Positions 33,777 through 52,742 of a DNA stretch of 64,000 bases are shown here, in pieces (the first letter of the stretch is position 1; the number at the start of each line of letters is the position of its first letter). This DNA comes from the human T2T-CHM13v2.0 reference genome, Homo sapiens: NCBI RefSeq assembly GCF_009914755.1, contig NC_060938.1. One strand, given 5' to 3'. The position numbers and the translations under genes are program-made. The notes beneath the pieces are model-generated. The model was not told the origin of the DNA. It saw only the letters and a list, made by a program, of their open reading frames with translations, and ran no database searches.

Positions 33777-34159
33777 CCAGCCAGGCAGTTTTAATCGAGC
33801 GCTCACAACCACTGAGACGCAGTGAAGCACCCACCATAAAATCCCAGGAGGCCGACCGCCGGTTCAGACTTTTTCTTTTCTTTAATCCCCGTCCAAGGGA
33901 TCCGCCCTCACCCCCCACCCCAGCCACCCCAATTCCCTATTCCCTCCCCTTGGACGGCGCCGGGGAAAACAAGCTGCTCGAGCTTTATTTCTTCGGTGCA
34001 ACCAACTCAGAATGAATTCCTCCGCCCCTGCGTGCTCAGTGAGTCGGCACCCTAGCAGTGAACTGCATTTAAAACCTCAGGAATTGAGCGAACTCTCCCA
34101 GTGGCTCTCCTCACCGGGATCCCCTTCCACGCCTCCTCCCCGTGCCGCGCCTCAGTCCG

Positions 34160-34590
34160 CACTGCTCATTGGCCGCGTGCCCTGCCAATCCGATGCACGT
34201 CGGCTAGGGCAAAGACCGCGAAAAAGCGCGTACACCTGGCTCTGGGAGCGCGCGCCTAACGCCAGCCAGCAGCAGGAGGCGCGCGAGGCACCACGGCCTG
34301 GCGGCCGAGAGTCAGGGAGGAACCTCATTTACATAACGGCCGCCCCTCTGTCTCCTGGCGGGGGCCGGAGTCCCGCCCCTCGTCCAACTTGAAATCTGTT
34401 GGGTCACGGGCCAGTCACTCCGACCTAGGCAAGCCTGTGGTGGAGCTGGAAGAGTTTGTGAGGGCGGTCCCGGGAGCGGATTGGGTCTGGGAGTTCCCAG
34501 AGGCGGCTATAAGAACCGGGAACTGGGCGCGGGGAGCTGAGTTGCTGGTAGTGCCCGTGGTGCTTGGTTCGAGGTGGCCGTTAGTTGACT
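34160..34590 (+). promoter_or_regulatory. HSPA2 proximal promoter
   Basis: ATTGG 34168-34172, CCAAT 34185-34189, HRE-like CACGT 34196-34200, D-box-like TTACATAAC 34329-34337, GC boxes, TATAAG 34508-34513 about 140 nt before the ATG. Confidence 0.75.
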
Positions 34591-34647
34591 CCGCGGAGTT
34601 CATCTCCCTGGTTTTCCCGTCCTAACGTCGCTCGCCTTTCAGTCAGG

Positions 34648-36567
34648 ATGTCTGCCCGTGGCCCGGCTATCGGCATCGACCTGGGCACCACCTATTCGTG
34701 CGTCGGGGTCTTCCAACATGGCAAGGTGGAGATCATCGCCAACGACCAGGGCAATCGCACCACCCCCAGCTACGTGGCCTTCACGGACACCGAGCGCCTC
34801 ATCGGCGACGCCGCCAAGAACCAGGTGGCCATGAACCCCACCAACACCATCTTCGACGCCAAGAGGCTGATTGGACGGAAATTCGAGGATGCCACAGTGC
34901 AGTCGGATATGAAACACTGGCCGTTCCGGGTGGTGAGCGAGGGAGGCAAGCCCAAAGTGCAAGTAGAGTACAAGGGGGAGACCAAGACCTTCTTCCCAGA
35001 GGAGATATCCTCCATGGTCCTCACGAAGATGAAGGAGATCGCGGAAGCCTACCTGGGGGGCAAGGTGCACAGCGCGGTCATAACGGTCCCGGCCTATTTC
35101 AACGACTCGCAGCGCCAGGCCACCAAGGACGCAGGCACCATCACGGGGCTCAATGTGCTGCGCATCATCAACGAGCCCACGGCGGCGGCCATCGCCTACG
35201 GCCTGGACAAGAAGGGCTGCGCGGGCGGCGAGAAGAACGTGCTCATCTTTGACCTGGGCGGTGGCACTTTCGACGTGTCCATCCTGACCATCGAGGATGG
35301 CATCTTCGAGGTGAAGTCCACGGCCGGCGACACCCACCTGGGCGGTGAGGACTTCGACAACCGCATGGTGAGCCACCTGGCGGAGGAGTTCAAGCGCAAG
35401 CACAAGAAGGACATTGGGCCCAACAAGCGCGCCGTGAGGCGGCTGCGCACCGCTTGCGAGCGCGCCAAGCGCACCCTGAGCTCGTCCACGCAGGCGAGCA
35501 TCGAGATCGACTCGCTCTACGAGGGCGTGGACTTCTATACGTCCATCACGCGCGCCCGCTTCGAGGAGCTCAATGCCGACCTCTTTCGCGGGACCCTGGA
35601 GCCGGTGGAGAAGGCGCTGCGCGACGCCAAGCTGGACAAGGGCCAGATCCAGGAGATCGTGCTGGTGGGCGGCTCCACTCGTATCCCCAAGATCCAGAAG
35701 CTGCTGCAGGATTTCTTCAACGGCAAGGAGCTGAACAAGAGCATCAACCCCGACGAGGCGGTGGCCTATGGCGCCGCGGTGCAGGCGGCCATCCTCATCG
35801 GCGACAAATCAGAGAATGTGCAGGACCTGCTGCTACTCGACGTGACCCCGTTGTCGCTGGGCATCGAGACAGCTGGCGGTGTCATGACCCCACTCATCAA
35901 GAGGAACACCACGATCCCCACCAAGCAGACGCAGACCTTCACCACCTACTCGGACAACCAGAGCAGCGTACTGGTGCAGGTATACGAGGGCGAACGGGCC
36001 ATGACCAAGGACAATAACCTGCTGGGCAAGTTCGACCTGACCGGGATTCCCCCTGCGCCTCGCGGGGTCCCCCAAATCGAGGTTACCTTCGACATTGACG
36101 CCAATGGCATCCTTAACGTTACCGCCGCCGACAAGAGCACCGGTAAGGAAAACAAAATCACCATCACCAATGACAAAGGTCGTCTGAGCAAGGACGACAT
36201 TGACCGGATGGTGCAGGAGGCGGAGCGGTACAAATCGGAAGATGAGGCGAATCGCGACCGAGTCGCGGCCAAAAACGCCCTGGAGTCCTATACCTACAAC
36301 ATCAAGCAGACGGTGGAAGACGAGAAACTGAGGGGCAAGATTAGCGAGCAGGACAAAAACAAGATCCTCGACAAGTGTCAGGAGGTGATCAACTGGCTCG
36401 ACCGAAACCAGATGGCAGAGAAAGATGAGTATGAACACAAGCAGAAAGAGCTCGAAAGAGTTTGCAACCCCATCATCAGCAAACTTTACCAAGGTGGTCC
36501 TGGCGGCGGCAGCGGCGGCGGCGGTTCAGGAGCCTCCGGGGGACCCACCATCGAAGAAGTGGACTAA
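34648..36567 (+). CDS. HSPA2: Heat shock-related 70 kDa protein 2 (639 aa), intronless CDS
   Basis: [17 protein letters not shown] start, Hsp70 signatures ([14 protein letters not shown]), HSPA2-type [11 protein letters not shown] loop, GPTIEEVD C-terminus; true ATG is 34648 (ORF-track start 34585 is a TTG). Confidence 0.99.
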   Translation: MSARGPAIGIDLGTTYSCVGVFQHGKVEIIANDQGNRTTPSYVAFTDTERLIGDAAKNQVAMNPTNTIFDAKRLIGRKFEDATVQSDMKHWPFRVVSEGGKPKVQVEYKGETKTFFPEEISSMVLTKMKEIAEAYLGGKVHSAVITVPAYFNDSQRQATKDAGTITGLNVLRIINEPTAAAIAYGLDKKGCAGGEKNVLIFDLGGGTFDVSILTIEDGIFEVKSTAGDTHLGGEDFDNRMVSHLAEEFKRKHKKDIGPNKRAVRRLRTACERAKRTLSSSTQASIEIDSLYEGVDFYTSITRARFEELNADLFRGTLEPVEKALRDAKLDKGQIQEIVLVGGSTRIPKIQKLLQDFFNGKELNKSINPDEAVAYGAAVQAAILIGDKSENVQDLLLLDVTPLSLGIETAGGVMTPLIKRNTTIPTKQTQTFTTYSDNQSSVLVQVYEGERAMTKDNNLLGKFDLTGIPPAPRGVPQIEVTFDIDANGILNVTAADKSTGKENKITITNDKGRLSKDDIDRMVQEAERYKSEDEANRDRVAAKNALESYTYNIKQTVEDEKLRGKISEQDKNKILDKCQEVINWLDRNQMAEKDEYEHKQKELERVCNPIISKLYQGGPGGGSGGGGSGASGGPTIEEVD

Positions 36568-37011
36568 GCTTGCACTCAAGTCAGCGTAAACCTCTTTGCC
36601 TTTCTCTCTCTCTCTTTTTTTTTGTTTGTTTCTTTGAAATGTCCTTGTGCCAAGTACGAGATCTATTGTTGGAAGTCTTTGGTATATGCAAATGAAAGGA
36701 GAGGTGCAACAACTTAGTTTAATTATAAAAGTTCCAAAGTTTGTTTTTTAAAAACATTATTCGAGGTTTCTCTTTAATGCATTTTGCGTGTTTGCTGACT
36801 TGAGCATTTTTGATTAGTTCGTGCATGGAGATTTGTTTGAGATGAGAAACCTTAAGTTTGCACACCTGTTCTGTAGAAGCTTGGAAACAGTAAAATATAT
36901 AGGAGCTTAAATTGTTTATTTTTATGTACTACTTTAAAACTAAACTGAACATTGCAGTAATGTTAAGGACAGGTATACTTTTTGCAAACAAATGCATAAA
37001 TGCAAATGTAA

Positions 37012-37017
37012 AGTAAA
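37012..37017 (+). terminator. Proximal non-canonical HSPA2 poly(A) signal AGTAAA
   Basis: AGTAAA (with CATAAA at 36995-37000) followed by a GU-rich tract; no AATAAA seen nearby. Confidence 0.55.
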
Positions 37018-39030
37018 GCTGAAATTGATCTCAAAGTTACTGTCTTGGAGTTTTCAATTTTCCTTCCTTTATATTTTACCCATATTCGTCTTTTAAGATG
37101 TTAGTATGATGTGAAATTTATCTAACCAATCTTGTTTAATTCCCAGATGAGGGTGCTGCCTTGAATTCCAACAACTTAAGGGGAGAAGAATCTGGGTAAA
37201 CTTCACCCACCCTTAAATACAGAAACCTGACTTGGGGTCTTCCTAGTGTACTCACACTCCTACAACTTAAGTGTCCAAATGAAAATTCACCTGAATATTC
37301 CAGGAAAATATGAGCTATATTCTGGGGTTAAATGTAAAATGAGCCTTTAACAAAAGCTGGGCAGAAGTTGTCTTATAATTGCCAAAGGAAATATGGAAAC
37401 AAATTAATTTTGTGACATACAGGAGCCTGAAACAAGAGACAGCAGGCAAGCTTTCAAGTGACTTAATAGTGAGTATAAATTTAGTCAAACTTGTTTAATT
37501 TTCTAGTAAAACAGCTCAACTTCTGAGCTTATGGCAAATTCTAATAACATGTTTCCCGCAGTTAGAATTACTTGGGTAGGGAAACATAATTATTATTATT
37601 TTTTTCTGGTTTGGGGATCATAACGTTTTTGCAATACTTGCCTTAAATCACTACGATAGATTTCTTTTTTAAAAGGCAAACTGTACTAGATAGTCTTGTA
37701 TTTTGTTAATATACAACTTGTCCATTTTCCTCCATATCCAATTTGAGATTGTTATAGATAAGAATATTGCAACCCTTTGGTGATCCACTATCCTGGACTT
37801 AATCTTTAAAATTCACATCCTTCAGAGAAAGGAATTCATTTTTATTTTTTAGTGAAATGACATGACTACTCTTTTCTTACTCTCTTTAAGGAGAACTTGA
37901 GAGAAATTCAGTAAAACCAATAGGAAAATGCATAGTTAACCTAATGTTTTTACTGCACATAGACGTTTTGATATCTTTCCACATGATGCAGGTTTGCTTC
38001 ATGCTGCTCATAAGACAATAGTTATGAAAGCTTTATCTTCAATTTAGTAGTGGACCCATCTGTGTCATTCAGAGAGATTAATTTTATGAATAATGGAATG
38101 AGTAATAATTTTAAAACTAGCTAAGAAGTTAGCCTAAGAATACTGGCCTTTGGTAATGACCCTTTCATACAAGAGTTGACTCTTAAGTACACATAAGGTG
38201 TTTTTTTTTTTTCCTTTTTAGCAAGCCTCATTTGGGTAGGGGGGAGGAAGATAAATAGCCAACAGTGAAATTGCTTCAACATAAAAACCTTTTTTTTTTT
38301 TTAAAGGAAACTGCTTTTTATACTCTGAAAAGCTAAAGATAACTCCAATTTATCAGTGCTGGTGTCACATTGGTGGAAATTTTTCAGCAATGAGCATTTA
38401 AGGGTGTTTCATGGACTACAGGCATAAATATGTGACAAACTACTATGGTACTACAAAATCAGGTTAATTGTAGCTTTAGAGTGACGTTTACTGTGAGTTT
38501 TACCAAGATAATACCCATTCTGTTACCCTTTTATTAGTCCTTTATTTGTTGAAAGTGTTCATTCCTTGCTCTAACTTCAAAATATAATGGAGTCCTTCTG
38601 TAAATGCAGTTTGGTATGACTCATTTTAGACCTCACTTAAGAGATTAGTTTCTAAAGTATCAGAAAATGACCATTGGTAGTTTTTGATCCTACGGCCTGA
38701 CCTCCGGTAGCTTGCTATAATACTAACATCAATCTGGGCAGATACTTCATCTTCTATTTTGAAAAGTAATTTGTAAAACTCAAATTCTTGAGTTTTACAT
38801 TCTTGAGCATTCTTGAGAGTGTTTCTTATTTAATTCTCTCTTTTCAAATTTACCAAGATTTGCATATTACCAAGATAAAGCCACCAAAGTAGCCATTCAC
38901 TTTCCAGGGGTCAGTTGAAACTTGTAACCTGATAACTCCTGGGAACTCCTTAGCAGATGTTAGATCAGCCATAGTCAAATAACAGTGGAAAAAGTACTTG
39001 ATGTTAGGATGGGGCTAAATTACAGTTTAA

Positions 39031-39381
<351 letters not shown>

Positions 39382-39944
39382 TGAATGTTTGATTAACATA
39401 GTTGTCCCTGTTTTGAGGGAACAAATATAGACACCTGTCAAACGAAGACATAACTAGTTGTTTACAGTATTTGAGATGTGTGAAATTTCAAAACAAACTC
39501 ACTTTAAATTTTTTATAGTATTGATTTGATATGTATAATGAAAATGCATTAAAACTTGTACATTAGGAGATCTTAGTACAATTTACAACTGTTAATTTAA
39601 CATGTATGTGTAATATTATGTTACCCATTCAATATGTAATGGAGACTTAATGAGTATTTCTTTTTTATGTATAATCTTAAACAGTAATACAACCTGGCTA
39701 TCTAGATGAAATCAGAAAATCTATTTTTATGATTTTCCAATAGTGGACCTATAACATATTCTTACTTTTAACTGAATGTAGTTTATAAAGGTTGTGTTGT
39801 GAGGCATGCTCCTCTTGCTTTTGAACACGATTTAAATTGAAGTTTAAAAATATCTCACATCCGTATGTCACAACTGTTAAGGGAATATATATGTTTGGAT
39901 TCAGAAGCAGGAATATTCAATTGTGTAATGTATAAATAGGTGTG

Positions 39945-39950
39945 AATAAA
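39945..39950 (+). terminator. Distal HSPA2 poly(A) signal AATAAA
   Basis: First canonical AATAAA I found downstream of the HSPA2 stop, with upstream TGTA motifs. Confidence 0.5.
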
Positions 39951-40015
39951 CTTCTGAATTAGTTACAGAATTAGGAGCAGAATTTAATTCCTCGAGGAAA
40001 ATTTTGGATCTTTAG

Positions 40016-41846
<1,831 letters not shown>

Positions 41847-43569
41847 CTGTCCATTATCTTTTTTATAGAATTAGCATGAATTATATTCAGTTAATGTCTT
41901 GGACCTAAAATCTGGGACCAGCAATTTAGTTATATATTATATGCTCTTAGATAGTTATATGACCTTAAGTTTCTCTTAATTAGGAAAAAAAAAAATTCCC
42001 TCACAGGACACTTGGAGTTATCAAATATTTAGAAGTTACCTTCATCCCTACTAAATATCATCAATTGTGTTTATTCTTCTTTACAGGGACAATCATATTT
42101 CCAGTTTTGGTTGTGAGTTTCTAATGTCATTTAAAAAGAAACCTAACTGGTGAAAAATGTACCTTAGGAAATCGGTGGGTCACTTTTTAAAATAAGTACT
42201 GTAATGATTAAGAGATGTAAAAACAATCTTTTCTTCCTCCTTTTGTTTGGGGTAAAGTGATAGAGAAGTATAAGATTGTCCCTTCAGAGTTACTGAAACT
42301 TTCCTTTAAATATTATGTCCCTCTATCACATGCGAAATAACTTCTCCTTTAATTTTTAAGTAGTTATTGTTTTGGGCTCTCAACTTTTATTTTTACCTAA
42401 GTTTTGTACATTAGACAGCCTAAGTTTATTCTGTGATAAGATATATAGATCTTAAGTTTTCTATCAGCACTTCTCCACACATTATTGGGATGAACTGAAG
42501 AGGTTTACTGACCACTAGTGTGGTCTTCCCGGTAATGATTATGTAGTGATTGGATGCCATCCAGATTCCTTGGTCTGTCTGCATCTTTTCTTGAGCTTTA
42601 CCTCATTATTTCCCTGTCCTGTCCACCCCAAGTTATGTTCGCTACTTGGTGAAAAGCTCTTGGCATATGGGATAGTCTCCTTTTCAAGCGTGTCATCTTG
42701 TAGTAAGAAAGCCTTGCCTGCGGCCAGTATATAGGTGGGTTTCCATATACCTGGACCAACTGAACAGCTGCCAGAATGGACTCAAGTGAGCAGAACATGA
42801 ATCTAGATGATTACTATTTAATCACTGTAGCCAGTGATTGTGTATTACCAAGTAGTGAGACTGGGAGGGTGGGAATAGAAGAAGCAGTGGGATGACTACT
42901 GACATAACTTAAAAGTTAATGGGAGTATATATCCACTACTTATGAGCCTCTCATACCAATTAAGCTGTGGTGATACAAAAGAATATACTAGGCATTCCCA
43001 ATCATGTTGCATCATCTAGCATTGCTCACTTAGAGCTGGGAGGAAAAAAATCAGCCAGAATCAGCATTATCAACTCCGTTGCAAGAAGGAATTACAAGAC
43101 ACATGATTTGAAAAGTGTAAATGTAAAAATATCAATTGAATACCCATTGACACTAAGCAAGTTTCTTTGTTTTTGAGCAACACTAATTTTGAGTACTTAA
43201 GACTGGTGCTTTACACACACCACTCCAAAAATCCACATAACCCCTGATTTGGTGTTTTCAGAAGAAAGATCAGAATAGTCTTGTCCTAGATTCCACAGCT
43301 TGTTAAGCAGCACAACTGTTATGAAAACCTTATTTCCGTACCCATGTTCTCTTCCACGAGGCTACCCTGCTTCCCCACCTCAACCCTGCTCTCCCCATCA
43401 ACCTAGGTTCATCCTGGATTTGAACTTAATAATAGTGCTAATCATGAAAGTTAGGAAGAAATGGATCTTTCTTCCCTATAGGACTGAATGTAGTTACTCC
43501 AATTAAAACAGTAAAGTGAATAACTTCATGAAGTTCAAGGTTGGAATGCCATGAAGAATTATGCCCTGG

Positions 43570-44000
43570 GCGGCTTTACAATGGATAGGCCAATACGTCG
43601 CCACGGCTTTTAAGACTGGGAAACGGGGCACCAGGCTGGGCTTTAGAAATCGCTGGAGAAGCCTGGGTGCGGCCGCAGCCCGCGCGGCCTAGGACGGAAG
43701 CGACGCCCCGCCCCGCTCCGCGCCCCGGGCAGCCGTGTGCAGGCGCCTGCGGGCGGTATCCTCGGCGACGCCGTATGGCTGCCAGGGCGAGGCCATGTAC
43801 CGGGTGCCCGAGTTTTATGCGAGGAGGAAGCGGTTAGGTGGGCAGACCCCTTACTTGATGGATGTAAGTGCAGCCTTGGTCGCCCCCATACCCGGGCTGG
43901 GCGCAAGGCGGGCCCTGCTGCCCCCAACCGGCGCCGCGCCCCTCGCCCTCCTCCAGAGGCGGGTCGTCGCCTTCGCCCCGGGCTGGCGGTTCTCAAAGAC
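43570..44000. promoter_or_regulatory. PPP1R36 CpG-island promoter
   Basis: CpG-rich; CCAAT near 43590, CGGAAG ETS core, GC boxes, X-box-like 43756-43769. Confidence 0.85.
43795..43863 (+). CDS. PPP1R36: PPP1R36 coding exon 1 (MYRVPEFYARRKRLGGQTPYLMD)
   Basis: Kozak gccATG; donor GAT|GTAAGT at 43864. Confidence 0.92.
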
Positions 44001-44375
44001 ACCTGGCCATATTTGCCTAGAAAAAAAAAAAAACTCTGGTGTATTTGACAGATGGTCAGAATTGAATTCTGGCTCCCTGCGCAGGTAGTTAGATATTTAC
44101 GAAATCCCACCTCACCACCTCTAATTGGTTGGTTGCAAAATAGGGAGACCTACTGCGGGGGAAGCAGCCCCGCTCTGGATAGAAAGGCAGGTGGGTGCTA
44201 GCTTCCACGGTGAAAAGGGTGTACTTAACTTTTTGCCACTGCCTGTAAAGGGCAGGCTCAGTGTTGGAGCCCGGAAGTCTCCAGAACCAGACAGCTGAGG
44301 CTGTCCTGGGTATCAGTTTATTGTCTGAATTTCAATTAATTGGTAGATTGCTATGATGAGCTATATGTAGTCCCA

Positions 44376-44470
44376 ATTTCCTTCCTATCTTTCGCCCTTC
44401 CCTTCCTCCGCTGCTTCTTTCCTCTTTTCCTACTTTCCTCCCTTCCTTTCTCCCTCTCCCTCCTTCCTGC
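44376..44470 (+). repeat. CT-rich low-complexity tract
   Basis: About 95 nt almost purely pyrimidine, in PPP1R36 intron 1. Confidence 0.75.
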
Positions 44471-44718
44471 CGTTCTACTGAAGCCACACCTAAAATCAAT
44501 CAAAGCGATAAAATCCTAGCTTCAAGTTTAACGCTTTAGGATTCTACACTCTTACTGAAAGTGTAAAGAGGGACTAGTAGGAACCATTGTTTTTTGTTTC
44601 CTTCTTATTACTTAAAAGATGTGTTAGTAAGTAGGAATTATTGTTAAAGGTTTATTGTGGCATATGGATTGTAAATTGAGCTTTTAATTATTTTTGCTGC
44701 AATCATTTCGTTTTACAG

Positions 44719-44783
44719 CAGTTGGGATTACGATTAGGGATGTGGTACTGGAAAGATGAAACCAGAACTCTTGAATTCAGAAG
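44719..44783 (+). CDS. PPP1R36: PPP1R36 exon 2 ([21 protein letters not shown])
   Basis: Acceptor ttttacAG, donor AAG|GTAAAA, phase consistent with exons 1 and 3. Confidence 0.9.
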
Positions 44784-44959
44784 GTAAAATTTAACAACAC
44801 TTTATTAGAGTTTTTATAAAAATTACATGTGCCTGGGGGGAAAAAAAGCAACAGAAGAGTATAGAGAATAAATACCCACTGAACCTTTGCCATCTGGAAG
44901 GAAACAATCATTTCAGTGAACAGCCTTTCTCTGAACGCTTACCAGCTGCTTCACATGGA

Positions 44960-45550
44960 CCAGACACTGTGCTAATGTTTACCAACTCTTTGAAACAGCT
45001 GCATGTTAACCAATTTACAGATGAAGAAACTGAGGTTTCAGAGGGTTCAGCGACTTGAGGAAAATTAAGTGACTTAGCCCAATCACACAGCTCAGAGGTG
45101 ACTAAGATTATTTAAATGTAGGTCTGTTTGATTTACAGAGTCCATGTTTTTAATTATAAAATTGCCTTTTTGAGTTAGAGAAATATAGTTAACATTAATG
45201 GGAACATATTATATCTGCTGCAATAGATGGTGAATCTCACAAGGTAAAATTACTAAATTAGAAAAAACTGATTCTAATCTCTATGAAAAAAGACACTGAC
45301 TCTTACAAGTGTATAGCTAAATTAATACTAGACACTATCTGTTGTGCACTGATTGTGTGCCAGATATTTGCATATTTTTCCAATTCTTAAAACAACTGTG
45401 GAAAGTGAACATTAATGTCCTCATTTTATAGATGAAGAAACAAGGCTCAGGGAGATTAAGCAACTGAACCAAAGTCATACAGCCAGTAAGTAGCAGAACT
45501 GATAGTTTGAACCAAGATTTGTCTAATGCTAAAGCCCTTTTCATGTACTC
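44960..45550 (-). mobile_element. Two MIR copies (~44960-45150 and ~45335-45550)
   Basis: tttacagatgaagaaactgagg and ttttatagatgaagaaacaaggctcag cores. Confidence 0.72.
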
Positions 45551-45748
45551 GCTGTCTCCCTCAACTAGACAGTAAGCTCCTCAGTGGCAGGAACTATCTT
45601 ATTCATCCTCAGGTCTCTGGAGCCAGCTACAGAACTTCTTCAGTAGGTACTCAACAAATATTTATTGAGCATGTTCAAAGAATCTGCTAGATTCAAGCAG
45701 AGGAAGAATAGATGCAGGTGATCCATTAGAAGACTAGTTGTAGGATTA

Positions 45749-48242
<2,494 letters not shown>

Positions 48243-48850
48243 TCATCACAAATTTTAACAGATAGTTCAAACCTATCTGTTACAGATAGTTAGTTCAAAC
48301 CTATCTGTTCAAACCTAAGTCAGAGAGGACTCTTGAGCTGGAACATGCTTTTTCTGTCAGAGACAGTGCTACTGGAGACTTTTGTTACTCCAGTTGGTGG
48401 TGAAGAGGCCAGGCTGAGGCAGAGGTGGTTGAGAGTAGACAGTGGTAGGGATGGAAGCTGCAGAGGTAGCAGGCGTGTTCAGTGACTGCTCTCATACCTA
48501 GCAGGGCGAGATTAGAACTAGCCAGACAAGACAATTATGCAGCAATCCAAGAGGCAGGTGACTAGGACCCAGATGAGCTCTGGCAGGAGAATGGAAAGAT
48601 AAGCAGGGGTGGGGAGAGCCAGTAAGTGTGTGGAGTGGGTAAAGGGCAACAAGCTTATTTTTTTAAACGCATACTATTCGAGGTGCCCTGTAGGACCCCC
48701 AGGTTAAGAATCCAGTAGGCAGGAGTTTGGCCCTTAGGAGAAAGGCAAGTGCAAAATTAGAGTGGGAAGTGGAATGATTGAGGCCAGAACCCTAGGAAAT
48801 ACCTACTTAAAAAAATTATGAAATATATTATTTAAAATCATACTATTTAA

Positions 48851-49359
48851 CCGTTTTCTTGTTTGCCTAGAGAATACTCGCCAGTGGCGCTTGCAGCTAC
48901 AGCGTTTACCCCGAGATAACTTTGCCATGAAATGTCTCACTTTCCTTATTATTTTCTCATCATTCTAGTATATTGACTTTGGAAACAAAAGACATTCTGT
49001 TTATAGCATTCGGTTTTTAGTGGTATTTCCATTTACAAAATACAGTAATTGTCTATCGCTGAAAATTTCAAATCCTGGAAAATATAGCATTCCTACACAT
49101 GATGTTAACATCGTTCTCGAACAGTTGTTAGCCGAAGATTCAATTGATAAATAAGATTTTTCCGAAATAGACGATTCTGATGATTGAGATGATTCTGATG
49201 TTAGTTCTGTTGAGAAATAACTCTTAAGAATAGTTTTGTATTTTATTTTCATGTGGAAAAGCAGTCAGATTTGCTTCAGCCTCAAAGAGGGTGTGTATGT
49301 AAAATTAAATGAATGTTGGCAGTGAGCTACACTTTTCTTTTTTCTAAATAGGAAAAGGA
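48851..49359 (+). mobile_element. MER75 piggyBac-family non-autonomous DNA transposon
   Basis: TTAA TSDs at 48847-48850 and 49360-49363, degenerate ~14-bp TIRs, ~510 bp length, decayed PGBD4-like N-terminus (SNPGKYSIP...LEQLLAEDS...DFSEIDDSDD). Confidence 0.9.
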
Positions 49360-49369
49360 TTAAAAACAT

Positions 49370-51979
<2,610 letters not shown>

Positions 51980-52104
51980 TTACGGATCCATAGGGACTAG
52001 GTGAGAAGCAGCTTCAGGAAGGCTGTAGGGTATACATCAGATGACAGTGGTTACAGGTGAGAATCTGAGATAAAGATGAAAAAGTAGCAAAAATAGAGTA
52101 CTCA

Positions 52105-52742
<638 letters not shown>

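Noticed and set aside
34168-34200. ERSE/ERSE-II-like arrangement of CCAAT and CACG
   Set aside because: Spacing and sequence do not match CCAAT-N9-CCACG or ATTGG-N-CCACG
35454-36017. 187-aa sense alternative-frame ORF inside HSPA2
   Set aside because: No plausible ATG or route to initiation; expected from high GC3
34639-36492. Long antisense ORFs (254 aa and 219 aa) opposite HSPA2
   Set aside because: In-register antisense ORFs are a well-known by-product of GC-rich codon usage in Hsp70 genes; no independent support
34585-36567. 660-aa HSPA2 ORF in the supplied track
   Set aside because: Starts at a TTG; the canonical 639-aa protein starts at ATG 34648
38784-38880. Short repeats ATTCTTGAG x3 and TTACCAAGAT x2
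   Set aside because: Too short and irregular to distinguish from ordinary slippage; not an array
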